Source of the DNA: Octopus vulgaris
Taxonomy: Eukaryota
Length of the DNA: 64,000 bases
NCBI GenBank assembly: GCA_951406725.2
Contig: OX597818.1
Span: 30,566,001 to 30,630,000, forward strand
Direction: 5' to 3'
The number at the start of each line of letters is the position of its first letter. Position 1 is the first letter of the stretch. Of the stretch, positions 37,339 through 50,559 are shown in pieces. The translations under genes and the position numbers were made by a program. The notes beneath the pieces were generated by a model. That model searched no databases and had not been told where the DNA came from. It was given only the letters and a program-made list of their open reading frames with translations.

Positions 37339-37709
37339 TATTTAATAATTTTAATCCTGTTTCTAATTTCTATAACAAAAATTCCAAAATGATTTTCAAT
37401 TCTTAAGAATGAATTATGGAATGAAATAACTTTAAATATTCTATTCTGTATAATATAATTTCATCAATTTACATTAAAATTATTTTTACATTACATTTTT
37501 ACATTTTACTTTAGAAGCATTTACTTTCTCATTCATTGAAAATCTCTGTCTTGTTATCATTGCTGCCGTTGATATCATCAATACCAATATTATTTTTGTT
37601 ACTGTTATCATTATCACCGTTATGTTTTTTTTTTTGTTTTTTTTTACATGAACAGTTTTTATTCTGGCATATGTCTGATAGTTTAAATAACTTCCACAAA
37701 TCTCACAAG

Positions 37710-38520
37710 TCATCATTATCATCATCCTTTAACATCTGTTTTCCATGCTGCCATGAGTTGGGCAATTTAATCAGAGATGGCAAGCTGGGGAGTTGTACCA
37801 GAGTCCAGCCTGATTTAGCTTGGTTTCTACAGTTAGATCATCATCATCATCATCATTGTTTAACGTCCGTTTTCCATGCTAGCATGGGTTGGACGGTTCA
37901 ACTGGGGTCTGGGAAGCCAGAAGGCTGCGCCAGGCCCAGTCTGATCTGGCAGTGTCTCTACAGCTGGATGCTCTTCCTAACACCAACTACTCCGTGAGTG
38001 TAGTGGGTGCTTTTTACGTGCCACCTGCACAGGTGCCAGACGAGGCTGGCAAACGGCCACAATCGGATGGTGCTTTTTATGTGCCACCGGCACTGGTATC
38101 ACAGCTACAATTTCCATTGATGTTGATCGATTTCAATTTTGATTTTGATTTTCATTTGCCTCAACAGGTCTTCACAAGTAGGGTTTGTGTCACAAGAAGG
38201 AAAGGTATGCATAAGTGGGCTGGCTACGTCCCAGGTAGAGGCCACGGGTTATGGTCTCATTTGTCCTGCCAGGTCTTCCCACGCACAGCATACTTCCAAA
38301 GGTCTCGGTCTCTGGTCATTTCCTCGGTGAGACCTAAAGTTTGAAGGTCGTGCTTCACCACCTCGTCCCAGGTTTTCCTGGGTAGATGCCCTTCCTAATT
38401 GCCAACCACTTTACAGTGTGTGATGGATACTTTTAACATGACACCAACAGGAGTGCTTTTTACGTGGCACCAACACAGGACTCTTGCAGGACAATCCTCT
38501 TCACCAGGGATAGTGGCCTT
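37710..38520 (-). mobile_element. Younger RTE 3' fragment (37838-38385) inserted in an older copy of the same tail
   Basis: The older copy breaks at ...TTTCTACAGTTAGAT and resumes at AGATGCCCTTCCTAA after the insert. Confidence 0.75.
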
Positions 38521-38638
38521 TCATTCAAATCAATATAGAAAACTAAAAGTTGAAGCTGTGATGTTAATGATATTGGCAACAATAAGGATTTTAAAATATA
38601 TATATCACTTTGTAATTTGATTCTGTTTTACATTACAG

Positions 38639-38791
38639 ATGCCAGAAATGAACCAAGTTGTAGAAGCCAAAGAAAACCAGGATGTTGGTAAAATGCAGCT
38701 GTTCATACTACAAAATATTGGTATGATCATTGGTTTCAGCGTGATCTTATTAATTTCATATTATGCAGAGGATATTAACATTATAACATGA
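38639..38791 (+). CDS. SLC39A14: ZIP8/14-like exon 9 (TM8 and stop)
   Basis: cattacag|ATG CCA GAA ATG...ACA TGA; MPEMNQ...FILQNIGMIIGFSVILLISYYAEDINIIT*, a typical LIV-1 C-terminus (PEM...QNxG). Not in the ORF track. Confidence 0.92.
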   Translation: MPEMNQVVEAKENQDVGKMQLFILQNIGMIIGFSVILLISYYAEDINIIT

Positions 38792-38892
38792 TAATGAATG
38801 CAGTCAACACTTTTTGAGCCTTAATTTCTGTCCATCATGTTATTTGAATTGTTTTGTTTTAATATAATTTCATCTATTTCCAAATATATGAG

Positions 38893-38896
<4 letters not shown>

Positions 38897-38926
<30 letters not shown>

Positions 38927-39021
38927 TGTGCACATTCCCATTAGTTATATATTTTCCATGTAAGTCAATTTTTATCAATGTTATAGTTTCTAGATTTTTA
39001 TTATTTGTTTTTCGTTGATGC

Positions 39022-39070
<49 letters not shown>

Positions 39071-39316
39071 CACACATATATACATATATATATAGTTTTT
39101 GTTTGTCAAACAGTAGCTCTAGTTTTTTTTTTCCTGCTGAGTCTAGATGAAGGTACATGTCCATAATCTTTACAGACTGGCAAGCTAGAAGTGATAAAAG
39201 CTGTGTGTGTAAATATATATACGAGAAGGTGGGGATATGATGGTGATGTTGATGATACATGGTGACAATGATGTTGATTATATATATATATATATATGTA
39301 TGTATACTGGTGGATT

Positions 39317-39353
<37 letters not shown>
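38897..39353. repeat. Microsatellite cluster (AG)n and (TA)n downstream of the ZIP stop codon
   Basis: Direct reading. Confidence 0.95.
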
Positions 39354-39357
<4 letters not shown>

Positions 39358-39369
39358 CTTTTGTATTCT

Positions 39370-39570
39370 AGGCACAAGGCCCGAAATTTTTTGGGGGGCG
39401 GGGCCAGTCAATTAAATCAACCTCAATATGCAAATGGTACTTAATTTATCAACACCCCGAAAAGATGAATGGCAAAGCCGACCTTGGTAAAATTTGAACT
39501 CAGAACGTAAAGACAGATGAAATACTGCTAAGCATTTTGCTTGGCGTGCTAATGTTTCTGCCAGTTTGCA
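39370..39570 (-). mobile_element. SINE family C variant (similar copy at about 53215-53420)
   Basis: GGCACAAGGCC...ATTTGAACTCAGAACGTAAAGACAGATGAAAT...GCTAAGCATTTTGC shared by both copies. Confidence 0.75.
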
Positions 39571-41456
39571 TTTTATATATATATTAGAAAGTATTATTTA
39601 TTGCTGAATTTTGCCAAACAACCCAACAGGAATTGATGTGATAATGTTTATATCTAAAGGGTTATTAAAACAATTTTTCAAATACTGTTAAACATACTTT
39701 TGGGCTTGGTACCACATTTCAATATACATATACATTTGAGATTGTTGTCTACTATATGCTGAATATTCAGAAAATCTCTCTCTCTATATATATATCACAT
39801 TTCATTTTTTATAGACTCACACCCCAGCTAATATAGCTTTTAATGTAAATCTTATAAAAATGTTATAACTGACAATGGCTTTACATGTAGTTATTTCTCC
39901 ACGACATTGATCACCAAACATTACTCATCAATACCCATGAATATTTTGACTACACTTCTTTTTAACACATTTACTGACTTCAGTATCCTCATATTTACAT
40001 ATTTCCTACATTGACTGGTAATAATAAGTTCAGGTGCCTAAATGAACAGGTGGATTAGTGTATATTTATCATTTCACCAATTTCTCATCCTTCAACAATT
40101 TAACATATTGAGTATTGCTTGTTAATTGTTTTTTCTTCAAAGATCTGAAATTTAAAATTTTACCATAATCCATTCACTCTTGTGTACAAGGACACACTCT
40201 TGGAATTGTAAACTACTCATCAGTTTTCACTTAGTCCAATGTTGTTTTTTTGTTCTATCTTGCTATCAGTTATGAGGGTCAGGGAAGGTTCAGTACCTTA
40301 CTTTAGGCACAGTGGTGGGATAGGTTTAATCCCACAACTTGTTCAACCGAGAGGCTGATACCATATCCATCTGGCCATTGCAACTCCACATGGCTGCAAT
40401 GTAGTCAACTTATGTGTATATATATGTGTGTGTGTGTGTGCATGTGTGTGTGTGTATAATTTATCTTGAGTGTTTTTAAGTGTAACAGTTTTAAAGTTCA
40501 TTATCTTATTTTATTTATTGTTTATTTGTATTGAAGTTTTCTTTTTACAAGTTTTCAATCTCCAGCTTTTAACCGTTAAAATTAACTGTGACAGTTGATG
40601 TGCTGAAAAATAGCTTCATTTATGAGCTATAACTGATTTGCTGAAAAGAAAAACAACAAAACAAACTATCTATTTTTAAAACAAGCTAAATTAACTGAAC
40701 TTATATTGATATGACATTCTCAAAATATGATACTTTGAAAAGTAAAAATAAATTTGTCACTTGTGCCTTTTCTATTTCTAATCTAACATATTTAATTGGT
40801 AAATGTTAGCTCTGGTTATTTAAATGCCATTTTGGCAAGTAAGAAGGTTGCAGGTTCAGATCATAACCTTAGGAAATCTTTTAAAAGAAGGAATCATTAT
40901 AATGGGTAAATCTTTGACAGGAAAATTCTTTGATTAGCTTATAATAATTGTGATGGTAGTAATTAATAGTAGTGGTTGTACTTATTTATCTCTGAGGGTT
41001 AACTTTCATGTTTATCAAATATTATCTGATAGTAAATCAGAAAGGTTGAGATTTTTTAAAACATTGAACAATGTAATTTATTAAGGATTTTTATCACTCA
41101 TCATGACTAATATAAAATTGTCTAGTTAGTAAAATTTAATTTTAAAAGTTTAAAAAATTTTTTTTAGTTCAGTATTTGAAATGACTGTTATAATATCAAT
41201 ATACCGATTCTGTATCAATACTAATGATGTAATTATACCTATCCTTCTTTATCAAAATTTGAATTAATTACCGTTCTGTTACAGAACACAAAAGTAATTC
41301 ACTTTTGCATATTTTTCTTGAGAGCATTTCCTTGCAATTCCTTCAGTTACATTTTTTTTCTTGTTTATCTCAATTCTTTCTCTTTACAAATGATACATTC
41401 ATAAAATAAACCCAGCTCTCTTCAAGCAATGATTTTAATGTTTTGTTTAGATTTAA

Positions 41457-41635
41457 CCCTTTTGATAGGAAACCACCTGAGACTGTCCTAGTTAAACCTT
41501 GCATCAAAATTTCGTAATTTATATTCCAAACTTGAGCTTAATACATTCTACTAAATTTTACTGAATTCTTCATTATTTTCAAAATTAATTGAAACAAAAA
41601 CAGTGTATTTCAATGAGAATATGGTAACAAAAGAG
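41457..41635. mobile_element. piggyBac-type MITE, third copy
   Basis: TTAA|CCCTTTTGATA...TGGTAACAAAAGAG|TTAA. Confidence 0.75.
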
Positions 41636-42487
41636 TTAATGTTATGTTAATTGGAAGCAATTAGTAATAAATAATGTTGGGTCCAATTGTGCACAATTAA
41701 TTCTTGTTTGTGCTCATTTTCCATTAGAGAATCTACCGGTTGTGAATTTTTAGGCAGTGATTTAGAATGAAAACCTATATTTGTATATTCAGTTTTCACT
41801 TTCTCCTTTTTCATGTTATGTCTTCAGAGAATTATTTCTCGCTTGTCCAAAGAAGTACTTAAAAAACACGATTTTCTTAGTTTTCAGTATTTTACCCTTT
41901 ATATGTATGTTGTGCATGTCCTGTGATTATTTTCACATGCTGCTCTCAGATCACTAAACTCCAGAATTTCTTTGCTTAATTATTTTTAGCTCTGGTTGTC
42001 TCTTGAAGCAGATTCTCCACCCAAATGCTTTGTAGAACTTGTCAAACATATCTCTTAAAACATATACAAAAATTAAATTATTTAAAAAAAAAACAAAAAA
42101 AAACCATCTATCAAACTTTTATATTATTTTAAGAATGATTTTTACAAGGATTAGAAATCCACTGAATTGTCAGTATTATATCTATTTCGTTTTTATTTAT
42201 TTGAACTATACAAAATAATTCTTGACTCATAAATTACATGATCCTAAAAGCCCTGTTACCCAAGAGATGCAACTGATTCACTTTATCTGCATTTTTGACA
42301 AAAATGCAGGCATAGAAGTCAAATGTGGAACTTATTCACTGTCCAAACCTTTTGGTAATGCATTGCACCTTCCAGCACACTGTTTGGATTGTATGTGTGT
42401 GTGTGTGTACATATATAACAGCAATTCTCCAGCAGATGGCAGTGCCCAGCATGGCTGTAGCTCTTGAGCTGGAACTAGTGTGGTATA

Positions 42488-42722
42488 AGGCGGTGAGCTG
42501 GCAGACACGTTAGCGCGCCAGGCGAAATGCTTAGCGGTATATTGCCTGCCATTACGTTTTGAGTTCAAATTCCGCCGAGGTCGACTTTGCCTTTCATCCT
42601 TTCGGGGGTCGATAAATTAAGTACCAGTTATGCACTGGGGTCGATATAATCGACTTAATACCTTTGTCTGTCCTTGTTTGTCTCCTCTGTGTTTAGCCCC
42701 TTGTGGGTAGTAAAGAAATAGG
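42488..42722 (+). mobile_element. SINE family C, well preserved
   Basis: CpG-rich; homologous to 14615-14825. Confidence 0.88.
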
Positions 42723-42762
42723 TATAACAGAATATATACCACACTTACACATGTCTATATAT

Positions 42763-42803
<41 letters not shown>

Positions 42804-43019
42804 TACATATATATGTGTGTGTGTTTTCAGCTAATGTTTTCACTCTGTCTCTACTTCTGTACTATTCTCTTTGTACATTTGCCTAAGAAATGTACAAAGT
42901 GAGAAACTTGGAGTAAGAGCAGAGTAAATCAGATTCAAATGAATAAATAATCTTTACAACTTGTATCGAGTTACCTTACTCCCATTTGTACACCCAATCA
43001 ACCTGTGCACCAGGTGTGG

Positions 43020-43305
43020 CATAGGTGTAGGTGTGACTGTGTGGTAAGAATATTGCTTTCCAACCACATGTCCAGGTTCAGTCCTATTGCATGACACCTT
43101 GGGCAAGTATCTTTTACTATTGCCTCAGGTCGATCAAATCCTTGTGTGTCACTGTGTATGTGTTTGTTCCTGACCACCACTTGACAACTGGTGCCGGTTT
43201 GTGTATGTCTCCATAACTTAGCAGTTCAGCAAAAGAAACCAATAGAATAAGTGCCAGACTTTTAAAAACAGTGACTCCTGTGGCTGACTGAAACAAGTAA
43301 AAGGG
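43020..43305 (+). mobile_element. SINE family A, degenerate (others at about 25424, 51365, 58025, 63650)
   Basis: CTGTGTGGTAAG...GGTTCAGTCC...ACCTTGGGCAAGT...GACTGAAACAAGTAAAAG. Confidence 0.7.
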
Positions 43306-46300
43306 GAAAAAAGAAAAATGTACACATAGATGGTTGAGTAAGCTCTTCAGTAAAAATTGAAGTGCTAGTCATCTAAAACATTACAATAAATTTGACTATT
43401 ATTGAAGAAGCTTTAAAAGATAAAATATTATGCACATAAGTACGTCTCTATACATATTTTATAGATAGTCACTCATATGTCTAATGCTAGTCTTTACTCA
43501 TTGCTGTTATCTGTTAGCATGTTATTTTGTATAATTTGAATCTTCACCGGATTTCTTTCTATCACATGATGCATATTTGAGAGAACTGTACTTGCCATAT
43601 AATCATTAACTTATTAATTAGGTCCTTCTGATGAACAAACTTTATGAACAAAATTATAAGGTATGTTTAAGGGAGCAGACATTGCTTTCGCACAATGTTT
43701 CCTGGGTTTCAATCAAAAAATGAATGTACATTTGTGAATTATTTGGTTTTCTTATATTGCCAGAAATGACAATTTCTTACATGAAGAAAAAGGGGGTTTT
43801 TTTAATGTGATTTCACAGCTGCTATCATTTCAATGTTTATATTTTTTTCCTTTACTGCAGTAAACTAAATTCAAGAATGTTATTTATATTTTAATTAAAA
43901 TAATTACAAAGAGCTCCTTTTTGGAATGAAATGAGCAGTGAGTACCTTTTGAAAATGTAGTCAAAGATACAAATTGTTTGAAATACTGATTTTTTTTTTC
44001 AATTCAGTTTGTATGTAAGATTTTTTTTTGTTAAATAAAAATGGGAAAAACACCTTGTTCTTTTTTCAAATTTTATGTTTAAAACTTTTTTTTTTTTGTA
44101 AATTTGATATTTAATGGAGGCCACAATGTAGTTTTGGTTCCAGTTAAACATGTTTCACTTCACCTACATAGCTATTGCTCTTGGGAAAAGGCATGATTAC
44201 TTTAATATTCTATTTCTCTTTGTCTATAAAATATTAGCCTTCTGTTTAGTGATAAAAATTTATATTTACAATAATTGAAATTTTGAACTAATTTTGATTC
44301 ACAGTGGAAGAAACTTATGCATGTTGCAAATACTTTTGGAAAGAAGAGGATCTTCACTGGTCTATCAATATAAGATCTTGTGCTCAATAGAAATAAATAA
44401 CTATTTAAAGTAACGTAGTTGACAAGCTAGCAGAAACTGCAGAATATTGAACTATAGGGATATCTTCTGATTTCAGATTCTGTTCAGGAAGAATTTCCTT
44501 TCCATCTCTGTAGAGGTTTGTTCAAATAAATACCACTATTACATTAGGAACAATTCAATCAGCTGTATTTTGTCTCCTACACATAAAATATCCTTGTGTT
44601 TAAGTAATAAAGCAATATTCTGAGTAAAGGTACAATTGGACAAGACAATGTATGTCAGATTAAATGCATTATAAAATTTATTGAAATTCCACTGAAATCA
44701 ATGATCTTATAATATAGATCCCAGTAATGTATTGGTGTCAGTTTGGTCGACAATATTGTTCTCTTTGAAAACAGATTGTGTGCTTAGATGGAAAAGAAAA
44801 AAATATATACAGTAAAAGATAATGATTTCCTTCATACTTTTTCGTCTTTTCTGTCAGTCAAGGTTGAGCATGTATCTGCATGTGTGTATGTGTAGGCCTG
44901 GGCAAGGTTTTTTGAGAAAAACTAGCTGCTACCCATGCATGCATCTCTATCCACTCCATATCACTGATGTTTACCTAAGGGAAAGGCATCTGATTTGCAC
45001 TGATACAGCTTGGCTTCATTGTCATCACAGGTTTTATTGTCAGAATACAAAGGCTTGAACAAATTCTTTATAGCATCTCACTCCACTACTCTAGATTGAT
45101 AATTTTTACTGATCCTGAAATGATGGAAGGCAAAGCTGACCTTGGTAGATGGAGCAAATACTGTGAAACATTTTATCCACTGCTCTAATGACTTTAGTCA
45201 TATACCACCTTTATTTCCTTTCATGAATATAATTTTTCACATTTGTATAAAGCCACAAATTTGTAAGCTAGGAGCTGTCATTTACATAAATTTCATATAG
45301 GCCTGGTATTTCATTTTTTTCTAATGCTCCTGGGGTAGTGAAAAAAAATAAGCTCAGTGTCAACCCTAGTTAGATTTTTTAAAAATATATTTTTATAAAT
45401 GGTTTTGTTTTAGAGAAGTTTATGTCCATGGCCTTCCCAGATCAACATGACTAATAATGTTCTTGTAAATCTGCATGTAATTCCATGAGTACAAAGGTAA
45501 TTCCAGAAAACAAAGATTGAGCATAGTGGTTAGTCCTGGATATGTGTGATAAATGAACACAACATTGGGTGGAGGGTATGAAACAAGCCAACTTCAAGGA
45601 ATAGAGGCCACTAGTACCTGTAGAAAAGGCATATTTGGGCCAGATGTTGGAATGTGTTGGTGACATCACACAGCTATAGGAACAGTATTCAGTTGTACGC
45701 TTTGCAGGAACTTTGTCATGGGCTAATAGTTGGGAGCTGAAATATTTTCTGGTTTTGATGAGAAAGGCTAGTCTTTGCTGTGTTAAGGATATGAGATTGC
45801 TAGGAGAGATCCTCATTGATGTTGAGGCCTACTATTTAAATTGGAAGATGTTGTGAGGCCTTTGGTCTACTGCTTCTCAGTTTCTACCACCCAACTACAC
45901 TGTTTTTTTTTTACAGTAACAAATGATACGATCCAAGATGACAATGAAATCAATTTTTTCACAATACAAACCCTGAAGTAGCAAAACTTGTTCAATTCCT
46001 GTTATTAATTTGTTACCTTATTTACTTATTGGCATATAGATGGAAACCTCTATGTATACGTGTGTGTGCGTATATGCATGTGTTTGTGAGAATGTATGCA
46101 GTTTGCATTTTGCATGCAAAAAGTCTTGAGCTAAAAATGACTTGTGCTGACATTACTTAACAACAAAATTGTCCTCTAGCTCTAGATGAGTGAAATAAAA
46201 AAAAAAAGAAATGTCACTTTAAAAACAGATAAGGTTTAGCAACAGGAAGAGTATATAGCAATACTGTAATATTCATCCGACTTGTGTTGAAGGTGACTAA

Positions 46301-46974
46301 GGAATAAGAAATGTTTATTGGCTACAAAAATCACTTTTATGAGTCATTAGAAGTGACAGGTTCTCACATTTGTAGAGATAGGATGTAATTTACTGAATTA
46401 CCTTCTATTTTGGGGCATTTGACTTAATCCATCATTTGCCATAATTCCACTACCTAGTCCTCGGATGTCTTGAGCATAGTTCACTCTGTTATAACCTTTT
46501 GGACAAGGTCTGTAGTTCTAAAGATGACTCATGAATTGTGATTTCATCTTTGCTTTTAATCTTGTAAGTCTTGCAAAAATGTTGGTGTGAAAAGTTTTAT
46601 TTAACTATACTAGAGTAGCCAAGCCTTCAATAATGGTGGCAGTATCATTGAGAAAGGTACACAATGAAAGTCGATTATGAGAGTATGAGGAAGTAAATAA
46701 AAATGTCAAAATAACTGAAAAATAAGAAAATTATTCAAAATACTATACAGGTATGATTAACAGCAAAAATTAATGAAGAACAATATTTCTTGTATAGATA
46801 TGAGGAAGCACTAACACATTCTGGCCTTTTGAATTATCAATCTGCTATTTCAAATTGTTCTTGTTTTTTATACTGCTTAAAGCAACATAGAGTTGGCTGT
46901 GGATAGAAAACACTGTCTTTGTTAAATACACCTCAAACAATCTCAAATAATTGGCCCTAATATTTATAGTCACT

Positions 46975-47177
46975 GTGGAGGTGCGTGGCTTAGTGGTTAG
47001 GGTGTCAGCATCATGATCGTAAGATTGTGGTTTCGATTCCTGGACCGGGTGACGCGTTGTGTTCTTGAGCAAAACACTTCATTTCATGTTGCTCCTGTCC
47101 ACTCAGCTGGCAAAAATGAGTAACACTGCGATGGGCTGGGGAACACATACACCATAGAAAGGGTGCATTTATTTTAT
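46975..47177 (+). mobile_element. SINE family B variant with 14-15 bp TSD
   Basis: TGGCTTAGTGG and GTTTCGATTCC boxes; TSD TATTTATAGTCACT at 46961-46974 and 47178-47191. Confidence 0.85.
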
Positions 47178-47482
47178 TATTTATAGTCACTGCAAATGAT
47201 GGAATAACAAAGAAACGCCTCTTTTCAAAGAAAAAGATAATGATGTATCACTTGGAGTTAAGCATTATGAAACAATGAAGGTAGCAGAATGAACTTATGA
47301 ATATTAAAAAAAAAAAAAATATTTAAGTTTAACAAGTGGTGACCTTGTTTAAAAATTTAGAAAGATTTTTGTAAGTCTTAGTGGAAAAAAAATTAAATCA
47401 AACTTAAGTATCATTAGTCTATATGACAGCATCTTACCTCAAAAGAAGTCTGGGTTACATTAATGAATAAATCTCTTATAAA

Positions 47483-47737
47483 TGGAACAAACTGCCGGCA
47501 TCAGTCGTTAGTTGTCGGAGCACTGCATCCTTCAAAACTTCCATGCTTTCTGAGATTCACCAACACTACACCTGATTTTCTCCCCTCCATACACACACAA
47601 GCATGTATCTGACTCATACATTGTTCGATTTCCAGACATTTGTACATTACTGCATATATTCTATACACACTTTCTGACAAGTTGTGGCGTACCTGAGCAC
47701 TGTATACAATAATTTCATTATTATTATTATTATTATT
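47483..47737 (+). mobile_element. 3' end of a CR1/L2-type LINE with (ATT)n tail
   Basis: Encodes WNKLPASVVSCRSTASFKTSM...*, then a UTR and (ATT)n. Confidence 0.7.
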
Positions 47738-49262
47738 AAATACTGTGATGCACGTTGAATCAATAGAAGTCATGTATATTAAAACAATATTTAAGCATTA
47801 AGAAGCAGTTAGCAGAAAGAACTTTCAAATATCAGAAACAGAACAACTAAGTGGAGATGCTATTACAGCAAGAAAGTAGAGACACCATTGCATAATTTAG
47901 ACAACTTAAAACTGTTACATTAAGCATTATGAAACAAAGAAGACAACAGAATGAATTTTTAAAGACAGAAAATAAACAAATTACTCTAGTTCATGCTGAA
48001 TGGTTTAGAAAGTAAATCTTAGGAAGTGGAACAAATTCAAGAGCTTCAAATACTTGTGTTACAAGAAAAGTATATGTATAAAGACAGTGTATTATCTATA
48101 TATTATTATGTGAATAAACATTTGAGACTCATGAGTTTATTTTTATATCAAATAAAATCAATATCAATGTAGATAGTAAAAAAAAATGAATCTGGGGTTA
48201 ATATCTTCTTGTCACTAATTTGGCAACTGTAGTGACGTGTATGCTTGCCTACATGGTCACAAGACTAAAATATTTTTAGAGTTGTCTCCCATATCTGCCA
48301 AAATAACTTAAATATTATACAGACAGTTTTTTCCTCACTACATAAATATTTCTAGTTAATATTTTAATTCTGTCTGTTAACACTAACTTAACTTGTAATG
48401 CAGTTTTGCGTGATATTCAAAGCTCATTACTTCATTTGTTATTCCACTGAAAATTCTGACTACAATATTTGTAGCAAATCAGCTTGGTTGACTCTGTTTT
48501 TCAAACTATATGTATGAGGATATTCTAACTGTACCTACACATACTAAATAAAGGTACATGACTTAGTGGTTAGAATGTTGATCTTACAATCTTAAGGTAA
48601 TTGGTTGAGTTCGTGGACCAGGCAACAGATTGCATCCTTGTGCAAGGCACTTTATTTCATGTTGCTTCTGTCTACCTAATTGAAATTGAGTATCAGTTGA
48701 CTGTTGGTACAACCCGCTCCCCATCCAATTGTCAGATCCTTGATGTTCTGCTGGCTCAGTGACGAGAGGGCTGAGAAGGCATCATGGATACACAAGCACT
48801 TATAAAAATCATCAAAAATATGGTATAAGCTACCAGATCATACATATCTGCGAGTGATGTAAACTTCCTTTTGCCATTGTTTATTCATTGTTTGGTGATG
48901 TGAGCCACTAAGAGTTTAGCATCTTGGCCATGAGCACAATGCAATGACCAGATCAGAGTTTCAGTCTTCAATCCAACACACTATTAACCCTTCCACTAAT
49001 TCATGTGTAATTCTGAAACTTCAAGTAAAATTGATATTTTTTAATTCAAATAATTTAGTCAGAAGAAGGAGAACTGCACCCTTGACCCTTTCCAGTACTT
49101 TGTTGACTGGTACGAAGAAATCACACTAGAGCTTTGGTCTAAATGCTTGCAACAGTATGGTCAGCAATTAAGGTCAAAAACCAGGTGGTGATAAAACCTA
49201 CCACTCAAAAACATAGGTGATCTTCAGATGATATTTAATACAATTTATATCTACTATGTTAG

Positions 49263-49552
49263 GTGGCGGCGCAATGGCCCAGTGGTTTGGGCAGCGGATC
49301 CGCGGTCGTAGGATCGTGGTTTCGACTCCCAGACCAGGCGTTGTGAGTGTTAATTGAACGAAAACACCTAAAGCTTCACGAGGCTCTGGCAGGGGGGGGG
49401 TGGCGATCCCTGCTGTACTCTTTCTCTCACTCTTTCTTCTGTTGGCCTGCTCACTTAGCCAGCGGGGTGGCATCATTTGAAGGCTAAAACAATGCGAAGC
49501 ACATTGTGACCAGCAACATCTGATAGCCTGGTCGGTCACAGTGATCACGGTG
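49263..49552 (+). mobile_element. SINE family B with alternative tail and about 16-bp TSD
   Basis: Head matches the 8928 element; TSD ATATCTACTAT(G/A)TTAG at 49247-49262 and 49553-49568. Confidence 0.88.
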
Positions 49553-50010
49553 ATATCTACTATATTAGAGAAAATCCTCCAGAGCTATGCAATAAAAGAA
49601 GAATTTTGATGGAGATGAGAGATCAATAAATCATGGATGATGAAAAGTGGAGTAAAATGTACTGTAATGGTAGTCACTTTTAAGTTTATCTCTACAGATT
49701 TTCTATAGAATTTAGAGCCAGCTCTGAAAGTTGTGACATTTCATACATGAGTATGTCTATGTAAGCAATGTGAATAATGAAAGGAAAATTGGTAAAGGTG
49801 GTAAATGCATATTCCAGGAGTTATTGCTCTTTCTTCAGCACCACATCCAACCTATTAACCATCCATGAACACATTGCTTAAATACCCACTAAGTTTAGTG
49901 GGGTAACAGTATTGGATAGGCTAATTTAAGAGATAAGCTTAAAAGGGATTGTATTGTACTGCTATCACAAAAGTAGGACTTTGAAACCTGTAATATACTT
50001 GGTAGCATAA

Positions 50011-50559
50011 GTTAAGTTAATTTTTTGGCTCAAAAAGCAAAAGCAAGGCCATGTAGGGGGACATGGAGTTATGTACAGGGTGGTGTTCAGGCAAAGAATT
50101 CAGGCCATTTCTGGTCAAAAGAGTCTTTGAACCGAGTGATCATCAGCATCTTCACTATCTCGTCCGGCAGCTTATTCCACGGATCCACAACCCAGATGGA
50201 GAAAGCCCCTCTCCTTCGATTGAGATGAAGTCATTGCAGATAGAGCTTTTCGGAGTGACCCCGCAGCCTACGCTCTGGAGCAGGAGTGAAGAACAGCTCT
50301 TTCGAGAGGTTACACTTTCTGCTTATGATGTTGTGAGCAAGAATGAGATCAGCACGGTGTCGTCGTTTTTCTAGAGAATAAAGGTTGAGCGTCTTCAGCC
50401 TTTCTTCATAAGACAAATGCTGAGACCAAGAACCATGCGGGTAGCTAGCTTCTGGACTCTTTCAAGATGATGTATGTCTTTGAGGAGATAAAGAGAAGAA
50501 GCTTGAATCCCGTACTCCAATATGGGTCTCACCAGCGTGACATAGAGCGGTAGGAATAT
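50011..50559 (-). mobile_element. CR1 3' fragment, same family as 2862-5616
   Basis: Colinear with about 2872-3411; SYEERLKTLNLYSLEKRR...LRGHSEKL. Confidence 0.92.

Noticed and set aside
38874-39444. ORFs of 61-167 aa rich in Tyr/Ile
   Set aside because: Translations of (TA)n and (AG)n microsatellites
40747-40752. AATAAA as the ZIP polyadenylation signal
   Set aside because: One of many AATAAA hexamers in AT-rich DNA; cannot be chosen without transcript data
43628-43660. Other CTGATGA heptamers (also near 8243 and 24762) as hammerheads
   Set aside because: No stem II followed by GAAA and a cleavage triplet
45451-45816. 121-aa minus-strand ORF
   Set aside because: No recognisable domain or splice context; probably an old repeat remnant
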